37,138 nt of DNA. Source: Polyangiaceae bacterium. Its GTDB lineage: Bacteria > Myxococcota_A > Polyangia > Polyangiales > Polyangiaceae. Both the position numbers and the translations under genes were made by a program. Below, in pieces: positions 35,908 to 37,138 of the stretch (positions within the stretch are counted from its first letter, which is position 1; the number at the start of each line of letters is the position of its first letter). A model generated the notes under the pieces. That model saw only the letters and a list, made by a program, of their open reading frames with translations, was not told where the DNA came from and did not search any database. The stretch is taken from NCBI GenBank assembly GCA_044222475.1, contig JBGANF010000080.1:1-37138 (forward strand). Reading direction: 5' to 3'.

Positions 35908-36855
35908 CTACTTGGGTCGCGTGGTGACGTAAACGTCCTTGGAGCCGTTGCGATCTGCGATCAGGTAGAGCGTGCATCCGTCGTCCGACAGCCATGTCGG
36001 CGCGTCCCATCCCGTCGTGTTGAGCTCTGCGACGTTCGTGGGGGCCGGAAACGGCGCGCTCGTCGACTTGCGTTCGGAAACCCAGATGTCCATCCCGCCC
36101 TTCGCGCTGGCGTCTGCGCGGTTCGAGGCGAAGTAGATGATGAGGTCGCTCTCGTTGGTGACCGCATCGAACTCGTCGTCCGCGCTATTCAGCGTCGTGA
36201 GCTGCTGCGGTGCGGTGAACGCACCGTTCGAGAAGGTGGAGCGGTAGAGGTGCAGTTTCGGCGTACCCCCACTGAAATAGAGAACGCTGCCATCGGGGCG
36301 TACGTACGGCGTCGCGTGGTTGCCCAAGACGTTGATGTTGGGCACATAGGCAGGCGGTGCGAAGTCGACCGACGTCGTGGTGCGTGTCGTGGCCCAAATC
36401 TCCGATGGTCCGCTCCAGAGAAAAAGCGTGAGTCCATCAGCGGTAATCGAGGGCGCACCTTGCATGCTTCCGGTGTTCACCTTGGGCGTCAGATTCGGGG
36501 CGCCGAACTGCGCCTGCTTCGTCGCCCTCGTGGACTGGTAGATGAGGCTCTGGGGCACGTTCTTGCCCGCGATCTCGAGGTACATCGTGAGCTCATCCGA
36601 TGAGAGGCGGGCCCGCAGCTCTTGCGACGAAGGACCGTTGACACCGGCGACGAGAGTCGGCGGGTCGAAAGGCTTGGTCTTGTCGCATGCCAGAGGGGCG
36701 GCGTCTGCGGCATCGACCGAAGCCTCCGCGGCGTCTGCGTCCGCACCCGCGTCCCGCGGTGTGCTGCCACCCGAGCAACCGCTGCAGAGAGCGCCGACTG
36801 CGGCGACGCCAAAGGCGCCGATCGCCAGCCCGAGGGGAAGAATCACGCTCCGCAT
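35908..36855 (-). CDS. Lipoprotein with PD40/TolB-like beta-propeller repeats
   Basis: Signal ending ..CSGC; repeated LSSDELTMY, PSITADGLTLF, PYVRPDGSVLYF, IYFASNR, WLSDDGCTLY. Confidence 0.85.
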   Translation of the reverse strand: MRSVILPLGLAIGAFGVAAVGALCSGCSGGSTPRDAGADADAAEASVDAADAAPLACDKTKPFDPPTLVAGVNGPSSQELRARLSSDELTMYLEIAGKNVPQSLIYQSTRATKQAQFGAPNLTPKVNTGSMQGAPSITADGLTLFLWSGPSEIWATTRTTTSVDFAPPAYVPNINVLGNHATPYVRPDGSVLYFSGGTPKLHLYRSTFSNGAFTAPQQLTTLNSADDEFDAVTNESDLIIYFASNRADASAKGGMDIWVSERKSTSAPFPAPTNVAELNTTGWDAPTWLSDDGCTLYLIADRNGSKDVYVTTRPK

Positions 36856-37138
36856 GAGAAGAAGTCACCTTATCAGTCATCGAGTCACCGCAGCAGACTC
36901 CCGTGCGTAGGTGACGTTGGGGGGGGAAGCGTGGCGACGAGCCTGTCATCCTGCGAGCCCTTTCGTGTTCGTCGCAGCAGGATGGCTGCGTCGCTCGGGC
37001 GGAACGGATGTCGAAGGGGGCGCGCGGCTGTCGAGTCTACGGCGGCTGGAGTGGCGCGGTGCCTGGCGCGAAGTGGAGCGCGCCACCTCTTCGTTCGCAG
37101 AAACGCCGGAAAAATGAGGCGTTCGGCGTTGGCACGGC

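Noticed and set aside
37129..37138. TTGGCACGGC at the window edge, possible sigma54 -24 box
   Set aside because: The -12 element falls outside the window, so it cannot be evaluated

Overview
High-GC, densely coding chromosomal window whose gene content points to a myxobacterium (Myxococcota, Polyangiaceae/Labilithrix-like; inferred from four Hanks kinases, an FHA-sigma54 activator, a DUF2378-like gene and many Cys-rich lipoproteins). About 37 CDSs are supported. Recognisable ones include hemL, comEA, a ComEC-type metallo-beta-lactamase, a pirin with a Tat/lipoprotein signal, an orphan CusF-like protein, a secreted metallophosphoesterase, a collagen-tethered HAD phosphatase and a heme-c/copper type II monooxygenase. 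There are four tandem paralog pairs. No rRNA, tRNA, CRISPR array or transposase was seen. The main unexplained element is a ~575-bp gene-free interval (17765-18341). On the minus strand it has a strong sigma54 promoter, a 5' hairpin starting at the predicted TSS, dense secondary structure, an 11-bp long-range pairing and a terminator, so it is a candidate ~430-nt sigma54-dependent non-coding RNA. Also notable: (i) a PEGA/kinase/FHA-bEBP/lipoprotein module sitting directly upstream of a monooxygenase that has a sigma54 promoter and two phased GTTGC-N6-GCAAC palindromes; (ii) a recurrent TANNNT -10 box 6 nt before start codons, suggesting widespread leaderless mRNAs; (iii) REP-like palindromes. 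All family calls come from motif recognition by eye; no database search or folding program was run.
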